Positions 12,324 through 25,441 of a DNA stretch of 64,000 nucleotides are shown here, one piece after another. How positions within the stretch are numbered: the stretch's first letter is position 1; every line of letters begins with the position of its first letter. The notes under the pieces were generated by a model. That model worked only from the letters and a program-made list of their open reading frames with translations, made no database searches and was not told where the DNA came from. Both the position numbers and the translations under genes were made by a program. The DNA is from Octopus sinensis (lineage: Eukaryota), in contig NC_042998.1 in NCBI RefSeq assembly GCF_006345805.1, positions 9,734,001 to 9,798,000 of the forward strand, in the 5' to 3' direction.

Positions 12324-12717
12324 ACTAGCAGTATCGCCCAGCGATGCTTGGGTTTGTTTCGACCCTTTAGAATTGGAATTTTTGAAAAGTAAAAATTCTG
12401 CATTATGTAGTTTGTTATTCTCATTAAGTGAACATTTTTCTGCTTGAAATACACCGAAAAATGGCGACACAGCAGTAAAAAAATCGTAAAAAATAGGGAT
12501 TTTCATAGAAAAAAAGCACCTTTTTGATGTAAATAATTTTTGGTGTTAACATGGTCCGATTTGAATTTTTTCTTCTACGGAAGGAAGAGCAAGCCTTCTT
12601 CTATCATACTCTCAATTTTGGTCAACTTGCACCACAGGGTCTCGGAGGAGATAGTGTTAGTTGAAGGCTACCAAACCTGCCATACACAGACAACTTCAGC
12701 TTTATATAGAGAGAGAT
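12324..12717 (+). mobile_element. Helitron/Helentron-like non-autonomous element
   Basis: Starts actagcagtatcgcccagcg and ends cagacaacttcagctttatatagagagagat. The termini are shared with 16629-17012. Confidence 0.6.
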
Positions 12718-13008
12718 TTAGTAATCTGTTTATTCTTTGTCAGAACATGATACAGTGTTCTAAAATCTTTGATGTGTGATTTAGAACAGGTTTTTTTAAT
12801 CAAATCTGTTACATTTAGTTCTATCTGACAACTGAGGAGTGATTACAGAAAAGCTTTGTTGAAAGTTAAGCTTGAACAAATTCTTCTTGGTCTAAATTCC
12901 AAATAAGCCGTACAAAAATTAAACAAGATGGTACATATCTGGATTCTTCTAACTTTATAGGATTAGTAAATATAGGATTTCATATAGTCATTGTAAGAAA
13001 ATAACAGC

Positions 13009-13056
<48 letters not shown>

Positions 13057-13382
13057 AACAATCAACTGGAAAGACAACTAGATAGTTAGCAAGGGTAGCT
13101 GTTCAAACACACAGACAGACATACAAAGAGACAGTTAAAGAATGACAAAATGAGAGATTAACACTAAGGGACGGGTGTTTGTATGTTTATATGAGGAAGA
13201 AATGTTGTAAATAGCATATAAGATTAGACATTGTTTTTACTAATCAATGAGAGATAAAAAAAAGACTGTAAAGCTTAAATGGATATTAAGCTTCTCTCTT
13301 CTCAAAAGATTATTCGTAATCTCCAATAAGAATTTCAGAGAATAGAACAGAATTAAACAAGATAGAAACTCATTGTACATAT

Positions 13383-13562
13383 AGGCGCAGGTGTGGCTGT
13401 GTGGTAAGTAGCTTGCTAACCAACCACATGGTTGCGGGTTCAGTCCCACTGCGAGGTATCTTGGGCAAGTGTCTTCTGCTATTCTGCTATAGCCCCGGGC
13501 CGACCAATGCCTTGTGAGTGGATTTGGTAGACGGAAACTGAAAGAAGCCTGTCGTATATATG

Positions 13563-13595
<33 letters not shown>

Positions 13596-13814
13596 CTGTG
13601 TGTCTGTGTTTGTCCCCCTAGCATTGCTTGACAACCGATGCAGGTGTGTTTACGTCCCCGTCACTTAGCGGTTCAGCAAAAGAGACCGATAGAATAAGTA
13701 CTGGGCTTACAAAGAATAAGTCCCGGAGTCGAGTTGCTCGACTAAAGGCGGTGCTCCAGCATGGCCGCAGTCAAGTGACTGAAACAAGTAAAAGAGAGTA
13801 AAAAAGAAAAGAGA
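13383..13814 (+). mobile_element. SINE-B full length
   Basis: Same family consensus. Confidence 0.92.
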
Positions 13815-16628
13815 GTATAGATTCAACTAGTTTTATAACAACTAACAATCTCAAGTATCTATTGGACTCTGGTTCATAGTGGAAAAGAGGTAAACAGCTG
13901 TGGCTGTTGTAATTACTAAATTATTAATTTTTTATCTTCATTATTTTTTTAAGCTAATGAAGGAGCTTCTGTGTGGTTTCCTAACATGCTAGATATGACA
14001 GCCGAATCACTCACAAATCAAACCGTAACAGCTTTTAACTTTTACTTGTTCATTCATTGGACTGCAGCCATACTGGGGTACCACCTTCAAGGGTCTAGTC
14101 AAACAAATCAACTCCAGTTGGCCCAGTTGTAGAAGTCATTTGCCTGAGATGCCAACAGGGGTGTGCTAGGTGTGTGCTGCACACCCTTCAAAAACGACAA
14201 ATTCATTATAAATATTAACCTGACAACTGGTGTTGGTTTGTTCACATCCTTGTAACTTAGCAGTAAGGAATAAGAGACTGATACAACAAATACCGGACTT
14301 AATAAGTCCCGGGGCTGATTTGTTCAACTAAACACACCAAGGTGATGCTCCAGCAGGGTCACAGTCCTATCACTGAAACAAGGAAAACGCAGAAGATAGA
14401 ATACTGAGTTCCCAATCAAATCCTTCATAAGTTGATATGAGCAAGGTTAGAATTATATTGTCTATACAATATAAATGGTATGAGAGTAATATTGCTGAAA
14501 ATCAGAGGTCCTTATCATAATCATCATCATCATTTAACGTCCGCTTTCCATGCTAGCATGGGTTGGACAATTTGACTGAGGACTGGCGAACCAGATGGCT
14601 GCGCCAGGCCCCAATCTGATCTGGCAGAGTTTCTACAGCTGGATGCCCTTCCTAACGCCAACCATTCCATGAGTGTAGTGGGTGCTTAAACTGATGAATA
14701 TCAAGGCCCCATCAAAATAGCAGTAATTTTTTTCATACCTGGTTCTGTATCAATCTTTTATCTTTTACTTGTTTCAGTTATTTGAAATACAGTCAAGCTG
14801 GAGCACAAATTTAAAGGGTTTTTGTAGAATAAATTTGCCAGCCTCGTCTGACACCTGTGCCGGTGGTATGTAAAAAGCACCCACTACACTCATGGAGTGG
14901 TTGGCGTTAGGAAGGGCACCCAGCCGTAGAAACACTGCCAGATCAGACTGGGCCTGGTGCAGCCTTCTGGCTTCCCAGACCCCAGTTGAACCGTCCAACC
15001 CATGCCAGCATGGAAAGCGGACGCTAAACGATGATGATGGTGAATTGATCTCAGTGCATACTTTTTAAAGCCTGGTACTTATTCCATCAGACTCTGTTGC
15101 TGGACTACTAAACAAACCAGCATCAGTTGTTAAATGGTGATGGGAGACAAATACAAACACAAAGACACACACAGGTATATATCATCATTATAATCATTAA
15201 GTGTCCATTTTCCATGCTGGCATGGATTAGATGGCTTGACTAGAATTGGTAAGCCAAAGAGCTGCACCAGGCTTCAGTCATCTGTTTTGGATTGGTTTCT
15301 ACAGCTGGATGCCCTTTCTAATGCCAACCACTTTACAGAATGTTCTGGGTGCCTTTAACATGTCACTGGCACAGGTGCCTCTTATGTGTCACTGGCATGG
15401 GTGCCTTTGGTGCCTTTCATGTGTCACCAGCACAGATACCTTTTACATGTCACTGGCACAGGTGCCTTCTGTGTGTCACTGGTATGGGCGCCTTTTGTAT
15501 ATCATCAGTCATGTCACCAGCACAGGGGCCTTCTTTTTTGTGTCACTAACATCATCATCATTTAACGTCCACTTTCCATGCTAGCATGGGTTGGATGATT
15601 TTGACTGAGGACTGGCGAACCAGATGGCTGCACCAGGCTCCATTCTGATCTGGCAGAGTTTCTATAGCTGGATGCCTTTCCTAATGCCAACCACTCCGAG
15701 ACTGTAGTGGGTGCTTTTTACGTGCCACCGGCACGAGGGCCAGTCAGGTGGTACTGGCAAGAGCCACACTCAAATGGTGCTTTTTTTGTGCCACCTGAAC
15801 AGGAGCCAGTCCAGCGGCACTGGCAATGACCTTGCTCAAATGTTTTTTCATGTGCCACCAGCACAAGTGCCACCAGCACAAGTGCCAGTAAGGCAATGCA
15901 GGTAACGATCACGCTCGAATGGTGCTTTTTTCGTGCCACTGGCATGGAAGCCAGTTTGTTGTTCTGGCAAAGATCATGCTCGGATGGTGCTCTTAGCGCT
16001 ACACTAGCACAGATGCCAGTCATCAAATTTGATTTTGATTTCATAAATGCTTTTTATGTGTCATCAGCATGGGTGTCAGGCTTCTTTCAGTTTCCATCTA
16101 CGAAATCCATTCACAAGGCTTTGGTTGGGCCAGGGCTCTATAGTAGAAGACACTTGCTCAAAGTGTCACACAGTGGGACTGAACCCGGAACCATGTGATT
16201 GGGAAGCAAACTTCTTACCACACAGCCATACCTACACCTAATGAAAAGCAAAAAGCAGGATTCAGCTCCACATTATTGTTTTTTCTTCACCATGATGATG
16301 CTCATGTTTCAAAATTTGGAAACCATTTTAATGTTATTAAACATGGCAATTTGTCTGCTACACACACACACAGATGTATTTTCAAACCTTTTAACCCCTC
16401 CGCCAACATACACTTTCAATCCTCACAGCCTCCTGCCAATAAGAAATACTAGTCTAAATAACATAATTGCTTTTAAAGTGTATTGTCCATAAAATATAAC
16501 AGAAATTATAAGTATGTTTAGATGCTTTTTGGAAATTAAAATATCCTTAATAAAAAAAAAAACGCAGTTCTGATTTTGAAACTGTATTGTCAATAAAGAC
16601 TCAGGTGTCAAAGAAATTTTATTCATAT

Positions 16629-17012
16629 ACTAGCAGTATCGCCCGGCGTCGCTCAGGTTTGTAAGGGAAATAACTATAAAGCATTTTTAGAGAGTTATAG
16701 CCAAAAAATAGCAAAAAAATGGAAAAAAAATGATGGTAAATTTTTTTTTAGTTAAAAAAGGTGGAGTTGCGTCCCCTAGACAGTTTGCGGTCTGTGTTTC
16801 TGATTCTCGACCCCATGTCGAATTTATCGATTTTTTTCAGAACTGAGGGAACTTTTCAAAATTTTCGCTGCGCTAGTTTTGAATTATGACATTGGGCTAT
16901 GTGTGTGTCAAGTTTCATCAGAATCGGTTGAAAGCCGTGGTCAGGGTGAGGGTACAAGCAAACAGACACACAGAAAACGCACAGACAAACTGCCGTTTAT
17001 ATATAGAGAGAT
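16629..17012 (+). mobile_element. Helitron/Helentron-like non-autonomous element
   Basis: Starts actagcagtatcgcccggcg, contains aagtttcatcagaatcggttga and ends cagacaaactgccgtttatatatagagagat. No TSD. Confidence 0.6.
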
Positions 17013-17149
17013 GACAGCAGATGTCAAAGATGCATCAATTTAGAAATAAAACAAATAACAGATAGTCAGAAAGTCTCTGAATAAAATCCAATGTAACCAT
17101 GGTGATTTGCTTTAATGGTAACGTAACTGATCAATGAGAAGACACTTAC

Positions 17150-17219
17150 CAGGAAAACCTGTAGAATTCCATCCTTCAAATAACAAATTGGAAACTTTTG
17201 ATGACATAAACAAATACAT
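17150..17219 (-). CDS. SLC31A2: Ctr copper transporter (CTR2-like), first coding exon: MYLFMSSKVSNLLFEGWNSTGFP-G
   Basis: Minus strand reads ttttctttgtag|aaATG...CCT G|gtaagt. The acceptor opens the exon at 17221, the ATG is at 17219 and the donor is phase 1. The peptide resembles the Ctr N-terminal M-x-F...LLF-x-x-W segment. This exon is missing from the ORF track. CTR2 rather than CTR1 is inferred from the short N-terminus and the absence of a C-terminal HCH. Confidence 0.85.
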
Positions 17220-17355
17220 TTCTACAAAGAAAAAAAAAACAAGAAAAAACAAATAATATAAGAGCATATATAAATTTGGGAGATACAAATTTTTGGAGAA
17301 ATAAAAACATTTTAAGTTAAAAAATAATCTATAATTATATTATATAAAATATAAT

Positions 17356-17722
17356 TTGGATGGAACCTACACTCGCCTCCTTATGAGAGCTCAAAATCTC
17401 TCGTGGAAGCGCCATCCAACCAAAATGCAAATATATGGGAAACTACCACCTGTGTCATCTCTTGTGAAAGGTAGGAGAGTCCAGTTTGCTGGACATTGTT
17501 GTAGAGCTGAAAAAGAGATAATTTCTACTCTTCTCCTCTGGAAGCCATCTACTTGCAATACCAAAGGGCACACACTCTCCTACCCTGATGTAATCTCCAG
17601 GGATACAGGCATCCAGCAACAGGACCTCCGTAATGCCATGATGGACCGTGAAGTCTGGCGTAGCATGGTAAATTCCATTGTCTCGACCACGATGATGATG
17701 ATGATGTCAATGATGATGATGA
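17356..17722 (+). mobile_element. RTE-like LINE 3' end with (GAT)n tail
   Basis: DGTYTRLLMRAQNLSW...RRVQFAGHCCR...DREVWR, followed by gatgatgat. Confidence 0.85.
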
Positions 17723-18171
17723 TGTCATCTTGTCTAAATTATAACTACATATTTAAGATTATGATGCTAAGCTAAGGTGCAAAATTTGATGGTAAGGAAA
17801 GTGCCTTGAGAGTTTTATGATAAAGACTGATGCAATGAAAAATTACAACCCCGTCCCTTCCCCACCACCGCTGCCACCATTGTCTTAGTGTTCATGCTTG
17901 AATGGATTAGATGGAATTCATTGAGGCAGATTTTCTGCAGCCAGATGTCCTCCCTGTTACCAACACTCCACACTTTCTAGGCAAGATAATATTTCTCCAT
18001 GGTTTGATTTGTTTCCATTCCACAGAAAATTGGAAATGAATAACAGGTATATCAAAGCATATAAAATTAAATATACTGTCCCAAGGATACAAGACACTTA
18101 ACAACTGATTTGAACTAAAAACCTATGTGTTAGTAATCTAATTCCAGACAGACTCAGCCATTTCATGCAAA

Positions 18172-18397
18172 TACACACACTCACGCATGCACACACACAC
18201 ACACTCACACTCACACACACACATACTCACACACACACATATTCACACACACATACACACACACTCACACACACACGCGCACACACACACTCACACACGC
18301 GCACACACACACACTCACACGCGCACACACACACACACTCACACGTGCGCACACACACACACTCACACACACACACACTCACACACACACACACACA
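18172..18397. repeat. Interrupted (CA)n microsatellite
   Basis: Directly visible. Confidence 0.95.
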
Positions 18398-19491
18398 AAT
18401 ACAAGTATTTGATAAGGAAAGGATTGTTTGTTTATTTACATCAGTACTTAGAACAAGTTACAATGCCAATCCTTGTTCACTTTGACTTTCCTGTATCATA
18501 CTATATCATATCATATGACCGTATGACTAATCTGTGAGCTGGTAGAATTGTTACTGCACCAGATAAAATGCACAGAAGGAATTTCTTTCAGTCCTTTACA
18601 TTCTGAGTTCAAAGCCAAGGTTAATTTTGCCTTTCAAGATTGATAAAATGGGCTTATTGTACGCAGTACTAAGGTGCACTACAACTTGTCAGAAAAGAGT
18701 AGAAGAGGGACAACACATCTCGCCTGGCATTGCCAGCCTCGCCTGGCACCTGTGCAGGTGGCACGTCAAAAGCACTCACTACACTCACGGAGTGGTTGGC
18801 GTTAGGAAGGGCATCCAGCTGTAGAAACACTGCCAGATAAGACTGGAGCCTGGTGCAGCCTCCTGGCTTCCCAGATCCCCGGTCGAACCGTCCAACTCAT
18901 GCTAGCATGGAGAACGGACGTTAAACGATGATGATGATGATGATGATATATAAACATGTATACATATATATATGTATGTATGTGTGGTTGGCGTTAGGAA
19001 GGGTATCCAGCTGTAGAAACTTCACTGCTGGGTGTGTATGTGTCCTTGTAACCTATTTTTCGGAGTTCTTTTTGTATTAACAAGGTCATTCTTTTATTCT
19101 TTTACATGTTTCAATCATTGGCCATGTTGGAGCACTGCCTTAAATAAGTCTAATAAAGAAATACAGCAATGGAAGCCAAAAGCACAGAATAAAATACAAC
19201 CCCCCCCCCCCCCAAAAAAAAAACCCTCAGAAAAGTGGAGAGTGAAAGAGCCAGAAAGAAGAAGAAGTCCGTAGGAACACTAGTGCTGAATTTCGGGAAG
19301 CATGGAATCTGTAAAGGATGCAGAGTCCTGACAGCTAACAACCATCAACATTTCTGAGTGTGAAAAGAATGTTTCCAAAAGTCATGGGTGCTGCACTAGT
19401 TTTATTGAAAACACGAATGTCACTTGTCACAATTAATCCTCAACCAAAATAAAGGGGTTCTGCACATCTGATCAAAACAATTTATAAAAAA

Positions 19492-19657
19492 AAGAGTGGC
19501 TGTGTGGTAAGTAGCTTGCTAACCAACCATATGGTTCTGGGTTCAGTCCCACTGCGTGGCATCTTGGGCAAGTGTCTTCTGCTATAGCCCCGGGCCGACC
19601 AATGCCTTGTGAGTGGATTTGGTAGACGGAAACTGAAAGAAGCCTGTCGTATAAATG

Positions 19658-19704
<47 letters not shown>

Positions 19705-20400
19705 TGTGTGTGTGTGTGGTGTGTGTGTGTGTGTCTGTGTTTGTCCCCCTAGCATTGCTTGACAACCGATGCTGGTGTGTTTATGTCCCCGTCACATAGC
19801 GGTTCGGCAAAAGAGACTGATATAATAAGTACTGGGCTTACAAAGAATAAGTCCCGGGGTCGATTTGCTCGACTAAAGGCGGTGCTCCAGCATGGCCACA
19901 GTCAAATGGCTGAAACAAGTAAAAGAGAGTAAAAAAAAGAGAGTAAAAGAGAGTAAATAAATGAAGAATAGTGTGAAAAATGAATCGACAAATAGGCGCA
20001 GATATGACTGTGTAGTAGGAACTTTGCTTCCCAACCATATGGTTCCAGGTTCAATCTCACTGCCTGGCAACTTGGGCAAGTGTCTTCTGCTATTCTGCTA
20101 TAGCTTTGGGCCAACCAAAGCCTTGTGAGTAGATCTGATAGGTGGAAACTGAAAGAAGCCTATTGTATATATATATATATATGTGTGTGTGTGTGCATGT
20201 CTTTGTCTGTTCCCCTTCACTGCTGGGTGTGTATGTGTCCTTGTAACCTAGCAGTTCAGCATTAGAGACTAATAGAATAAGTACCAGGCTTTAAAAAATG
20301 GTACTGGGTGTCGATTAGTTTGACTAAAAATTCTTCAAGGTATTGTACCAGCATGGCCACAGTCTAAGACTAAAATGGGTAAAAGATAAAAGAGAAAAGA
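19492..20400 (+). mobile_element. Two tandem SINE-B copies (young 19492-19958, older 19994-20400)
   Basis: Two heads and two tails in the same orientation. Confidence 0.85.
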
Positions 20401-21957
20401 ATAATTAATAAGAAAGGCTGGTAATAGGGGACAAGAATTTGAAACTAGAAATTTCCTCTCTGTTCCTTATTCATCATCATCATCATCATCATTTAGCGTC
20501 TGCTTTCCATGCTAGCATGGGTTGGACGGTTCAACTGGGGTCTGTGAAGCCAGAAGGCCACACCAGGCCCAGTCTGATCTGGCAGTGTTTCTACGGCTGG
20601 ATTCCCTTCCTAACGCCAACCACTCCGTGAGTGTAGTAGGTGCTTTTTACGTGCCACCCGCACAGGTGCCAGATGGAGCTGGCAAACGGTCACGGACGGA
20701 TGGTGCTTTTTATGTGCCACCGGCACGGGGGCCAGGCGAGGCTGGCAACGGCCACAAACAGATGGTGCTTTTTACGTGTCACCGGCACGGAGAAAGAGTT
20801 TTAAATGCTCATTCAATTTATTTGAATGTACACAGATATATGAAACATTTTAACGACTAATTAAATGCTCAACTGTTAAATAGAAGATCATCCGATATTG
20901 AAAGCAACTACTTTAATGGAAACTGTCCCATTTATGGTAATAGGAAAACATTCAACAAGTGTAATACAATATCAGTTAATGTGTATGTGTGTGCGTGTAC
21001 ACACTTCTGCAGCAGGATCTGTTTTCCCTAAGCTGGGTTTGTCAGTCATATGAGATCTCATGAGAGCATTTACTAATTGTGACTTTCTATAAAGACATAG
21101 CAACCACTCAGCCTCTGTGTGTGTGTGTGTGTGTGTGTTACGTATGCATTCTGCATTCAAAATATGTTTGTGTGCAGTTGATTCATCCCTGCCTTGCCGT
21201 AACTATTTTTCAGAATTCTTTTTGTATTAACAAGTACATTCTTTTATTCTTTTACATGTTTCAATCATTGGCCATGCTGGAGCACTGCCTTAAAGGGTTT
21301 CAGTCGAAGAAATCGACCCCCATGACTTATTCTTTGTAAGCCCAGTACTTATTCTATCAATCTCTTTTGCTGAAATTTTAAATTACAGTGTCATAAACAC
21401 ACCAACGTCGGTTGTCAAGCATTGGTGGGGGGACAAACAAAGACACACAAACACACACATATATACAAAAATGTATATGTATATGATGAGTTTCTTACAG
21501 TTTCCATCTACCAAATCCACTAACAAGGCTCTGGTCGGCCCGAGTCTATAGTAGAAGACACTTGCCCAAGGTGCCATGCAGTGGGACTGAACCCAGAACC
21601 ATGTGGTTGGGAAGCAAGCTTCTTACCACACAGCCATATATTTTTATTAATGTTTAGCAGAAGTAACAGAGTGACTCAAGGGTTCAGAGTTTCGTGCATT
21701 GGCACTCAGTTGTTGTATTGCTTCTGCTAAATATTAATATATATATATATATATATATATGACAGACTTCCTCACAGTTTCCGTTGCCCAAATATACCCA
21801 CAGGGCACTGGTCAGCCTGGGATTATCATAGAAGACATTCATCCAAGGTGTCATATGGGACTGAACCTAAAACCATATATTTGCATGTGTATTTTATTTA
21901 CCTTTACTTAAAATAAAGGGAAGCGAAGATGGCCTGAACAATATATATATATATATG

Positions 21958-22297
21958 TGCTGAGACCCCCTTCGGTCATGACTGACCATGGGATTGTGCC
22001 TAGAAAGTTACCATCCCAGGCACAAGTCTGGGCAAGGTTGTTTATGGAAGACCAGCAGTCGCCCATGCATACCGGCCACCCCTCTCCTCGCCACCAGTGT
22101 TATCCAAGGGAAAGGCAAAGGGGCCGATACAGCTTGGCACCTGTGACATTGGAACTTATTTCTACAGCTGAGTGAACTGGAGCAACATGAAAAAAGTGTC
22201 TTGCTCAAGAACACAACATGTAGCCCGGTCCGGGATTCGAACTCACAACCTCACGGTCATAAGCTCGATGCTCTAAACACTAAGCCATGCACCTTCA
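21958..22297 (-). mobile_element. tRNA-derived SINE-E
   Basis: Colinear with 4815-5146. Confidence 0.85.
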
Positions 22298-22574
22298 CAC
22301 ACACACACATATATATATTTATTAGTAGTGAAGAAGACCCATCCTCCACGGCAGAAGTGTTGGTGTTGCTTCCCCTTCTGAAAAGGATTGGCCTATAAGA
22401 GTCCTATGTCAGTAGGAAGCACCCACCACACTCTGTAGAGTGTCTGGTGTTAGGAAGGGCATCCAGCTGTGGAAACCAAAGCATATCAGACTGCAACCGG
22501 GTGTATCTCTCCTGCTTACCAGTTCTGGTCAAACTGTCCAACCCATTCCAGTATGGAAAACTTACATCAAAGGC

Positions 22575-22708
22575 GGATAAGGATGAGGATGATGATGAGG
22601 ATGATGATAGTTATGATGGTGGTGATGGTGGTGATGTGGTGATGGTGGTGATGATGATGATGATGGTGATGATGGTGATGGTGATGATGATGATGATGGT
22701 GATGATGG

Positions 22709-22754
<46 letters not shown>

Positions 22755-22874
22755 GATGATGGTGATGATGATGGTGATGATGATGGTGATGATGATGATG
22801 TGGTGGTGGTGGTGGTGGTGGTGGTAGTGGTGGTGGTGGCGGCAGTGGTAGTGATGGTGGTGGTGGTGGTGATG

Positions 22875-22906
<32 letters not shown>

Positions 22907-22910
22907 GATG
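22575..22910. repeat. Compound (GAT)/(GGT) trinucleotide microsatellite
   Basis: Directly visible. It continues from the tail of a decayed RTE 3' end at ~22410-22575. Confidence 0.95.
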
Positions 22911-24029
22911 CAGAGCAGATGTACTGTAGTATTTATTTTAGTCCAATCCAGTTCAGGCTTAAAAACATTTTGTAAACATTTCAAGAGGACAAAATACAAA
23001 TAATAGATTGAAGTCTATCTGGTTGACTATATTATGAATCATTTTCCAGAACTGGCCAAGTGTTTATTTTGTGTATATTTTAGGCGCAGGCATGGTTGTG
23101 TAATTAGGAAGCTTGCTTTGTAAACATGTGGTTTTGGGTTCAGTCCCACTGCAAAACACCTTGGGCAAGTGGTTTCTGCTATGGCCTCAAGCAAACCAAT
23201 GCTTTATGAATGATTTTGGTAGATGGAAACTGTGTGGAAGCTTATCTTTTATATATATATACTATAGTATATAGTATATATATATATATATATACTATAT
23301 ACTATAACCTCCGTGCCGGTGGCACGTAAAAAGCAGCATCCAATCGTGACCGTTTGCCAGCCTTGTCTGGCACCTGTGCAGGTGGCACGTAAAAAGGACC
23401 CACTACACTCACGTAGTTGTTGGCGTTAGGAAGGGCATCCAGCTGTAGAAACACTGCCAGATCAGACTGGGCCTGGTGCAGCCTACTGGCTCCCCAGACC
23501 CCAGTTGAACCGTCCAACCCATGCTAGCATGGAAAACGGACGTTAAATGATGATGATGATGATGATGATGATGATATATATATATTTCATTTCTACTTTT
23601 ACTCATTTCAGTTATTAGACTGTGCCATGCTGGAGCACCAACTTGAATTCTTTTAGTTGAATGAATTGACCCCAGTACTTTACCTTTTTTGAAGCTTGGT
23701 ACTTATTCTATCAGTCTTTTATTGCTGAACTGCTAGTTTATGGGGGATGTAAACAAACTAACACTGGTTGTTAAGCAGTGATAGGGGACAAACACAGGCA
23801 CAAAGACACATACATACATTTTACTATGACAGACTTCTTTCAGTTTCTGTCTATCAAATCCATTAACAAAGCTTTGGTTGGCCCAAGGCTATAGTAGAAG
23901 ACACTTACCCAAAGTGCCACACAGTGGGACTGAACTCAGAACCATGTGGTTGGAAATCAAACTTCTTGCCACACAGCCATGCCTGTGCCTATAGATAAGT
24001 GTGTGTTTCTGCCTTTGCATTTGTCCCCC

Positions 24030-24320
24030 GGAGGTGCAATGGCCCAGTGGTTAGGGCAGCGGACTCGCGGTTTCGATTCCCAGACCAGGCGTTGTGTGTG
24101 TTTATTGAGTGAAAACACCTAAAAAGCTCCATGAGGCTCCAGCAGGGGTGGTGGTGACCCCTGTTGTACTCTTTCGCCACAACTTTCTCTCACTCTTCCT
24201 TCCTGTTTCTTGAGTGACGTTGCGAAGGACTGGCATCCCCTCCAGCTGGGGGGAACACATACACCACAGAAACCGGGAAACCGGGCCCATGAACCTGGCT
24301 ATGCTTGAAAAGGGCAACAT
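24030..24320 (+). mobile_element. SINE-D (other copies at ~4105-4265 plus and ~25700-25925 minus)
   Basis: tggcccagtgg...ggtttcgattccc head. The body carries a gcgatggactggcgtcccgtccag-type motif reminiscent of V-SINEs. Confidence 0.85.
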
Positions 24321-24610
24321 TTATCGTTTTTTATTTCTCCCCCACTGTTGACAACTGGTTTTGCTTTGTTTATATCTCTGTAACTTAGCAGTTCAGCAAA
24401 AGAGATTGATAGTATCAGACTCAAAAGGTACAAGTACTGAAATCAATTTGTTCAGCTAAACCCTTCAAGGCAGTACCGCAATATGGTCACAGTCCAATGA
24501 CTGAAACAAGTAAAGGATAGAAGAAAATATGTCAAAAAGAAAAAAAGCTTCAGCCATCACTTGAGCTAGAAATAGCTAACAACAATACAGCAATGGAGAA
24601 GCTTCTGTGC

Positions 24611-24823
24611 TCTTTACTCTTTTACTTGTTTCAGTCATTTGACTGCGGCCATGCTGGAGCACCGCCTTTAGTCGAGCAAATCAACCCCGGGACTTATTTT
24701 TTGTAAGCCCAGTACTTATTCTATTGGTCTCTTTTGCCGAACCGCTAAGTGACGGGGACGTGAACACACCAGCATCGGTTGTCAAGCAATGCTAGGGGGA
24801 CAAACACAGACACACAAACATAT

Positions 24824-24866
<43 letters not shown>

Positions 24867-25032
24867 TACGACAGGCTTCTTTCAGTTTCCGTCTACCAAA
24901 TCCACTCACAAGGCTTTGGTCGGCCCGAGGCTATAGCAGAAGACACTTGCCCAAGATGCCACGCAGTGGGACTGAACCCAGAACCATGTGGCTGGTTAGC
25001 AAGCTACTTACCACACAGCTACTCCTGCGCCT
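24611..25032 (-). mobile_element. SINE-B full length
   Basis: Same family consensus. Older minus-strand copies lie at ~21240-21640 and ~23595-23990. Confidence 0.92.
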
Positions 25033-25312
25033 ACAAACAGCAGTTAAATTTTCTCTCAAATCTTACCCTGTAACCTTGAAGACAGAAATAGCACACTGAA
25101 TAATGAAGTTATGCATGCACTATACCTGGGAAAAAGGCACGATGACTGAAGCTGGTATGCCTTTGCTCATAGGTCTGCTCAATCAGCCTACCTTTGTTGC
25201 TGAATAACAATGATCTCATTTACATACCACCAATGCTAGAACACCTCATTTTCCCATTTCAACTCATAAACCCAAGAAATTGTGTTTCTGTTAAAATACT
25301 CTGGTTGCTGTC

Positions 25313-25441
25313 TTCTTCTTCTTCTTCTTCTTGTTCTCCTTCTTCTTCTGGTTCACCTTCTTCTTCTTCTGGTTCTCCTTCTTCTTCTTCTTCTTCTTCT
25401 TCTTCTGGTTCTCCTCCTTCTTCTTCTCCTCCTCCTCCTCC
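25313..25441. repeat. (CTT)/(CCT) microsatellite
   Basis: Directly visible. Confidence 0.95.

Noticed and set aside
22447-23003. Poly-Met and poly-His ORFs as a missing copper-binding N-terminal exon of the transporter, with a GTAAGT donor at ~22565 on the minus strand
   Set aside because: The Met-rich frame is on the wrong strand. The His-rich minus frame would splice in phase 2 while phase 1 is needed, and the phase-1 frame has a TGA just before the donor. The tract is a microsatellite grown from an RTE tail.
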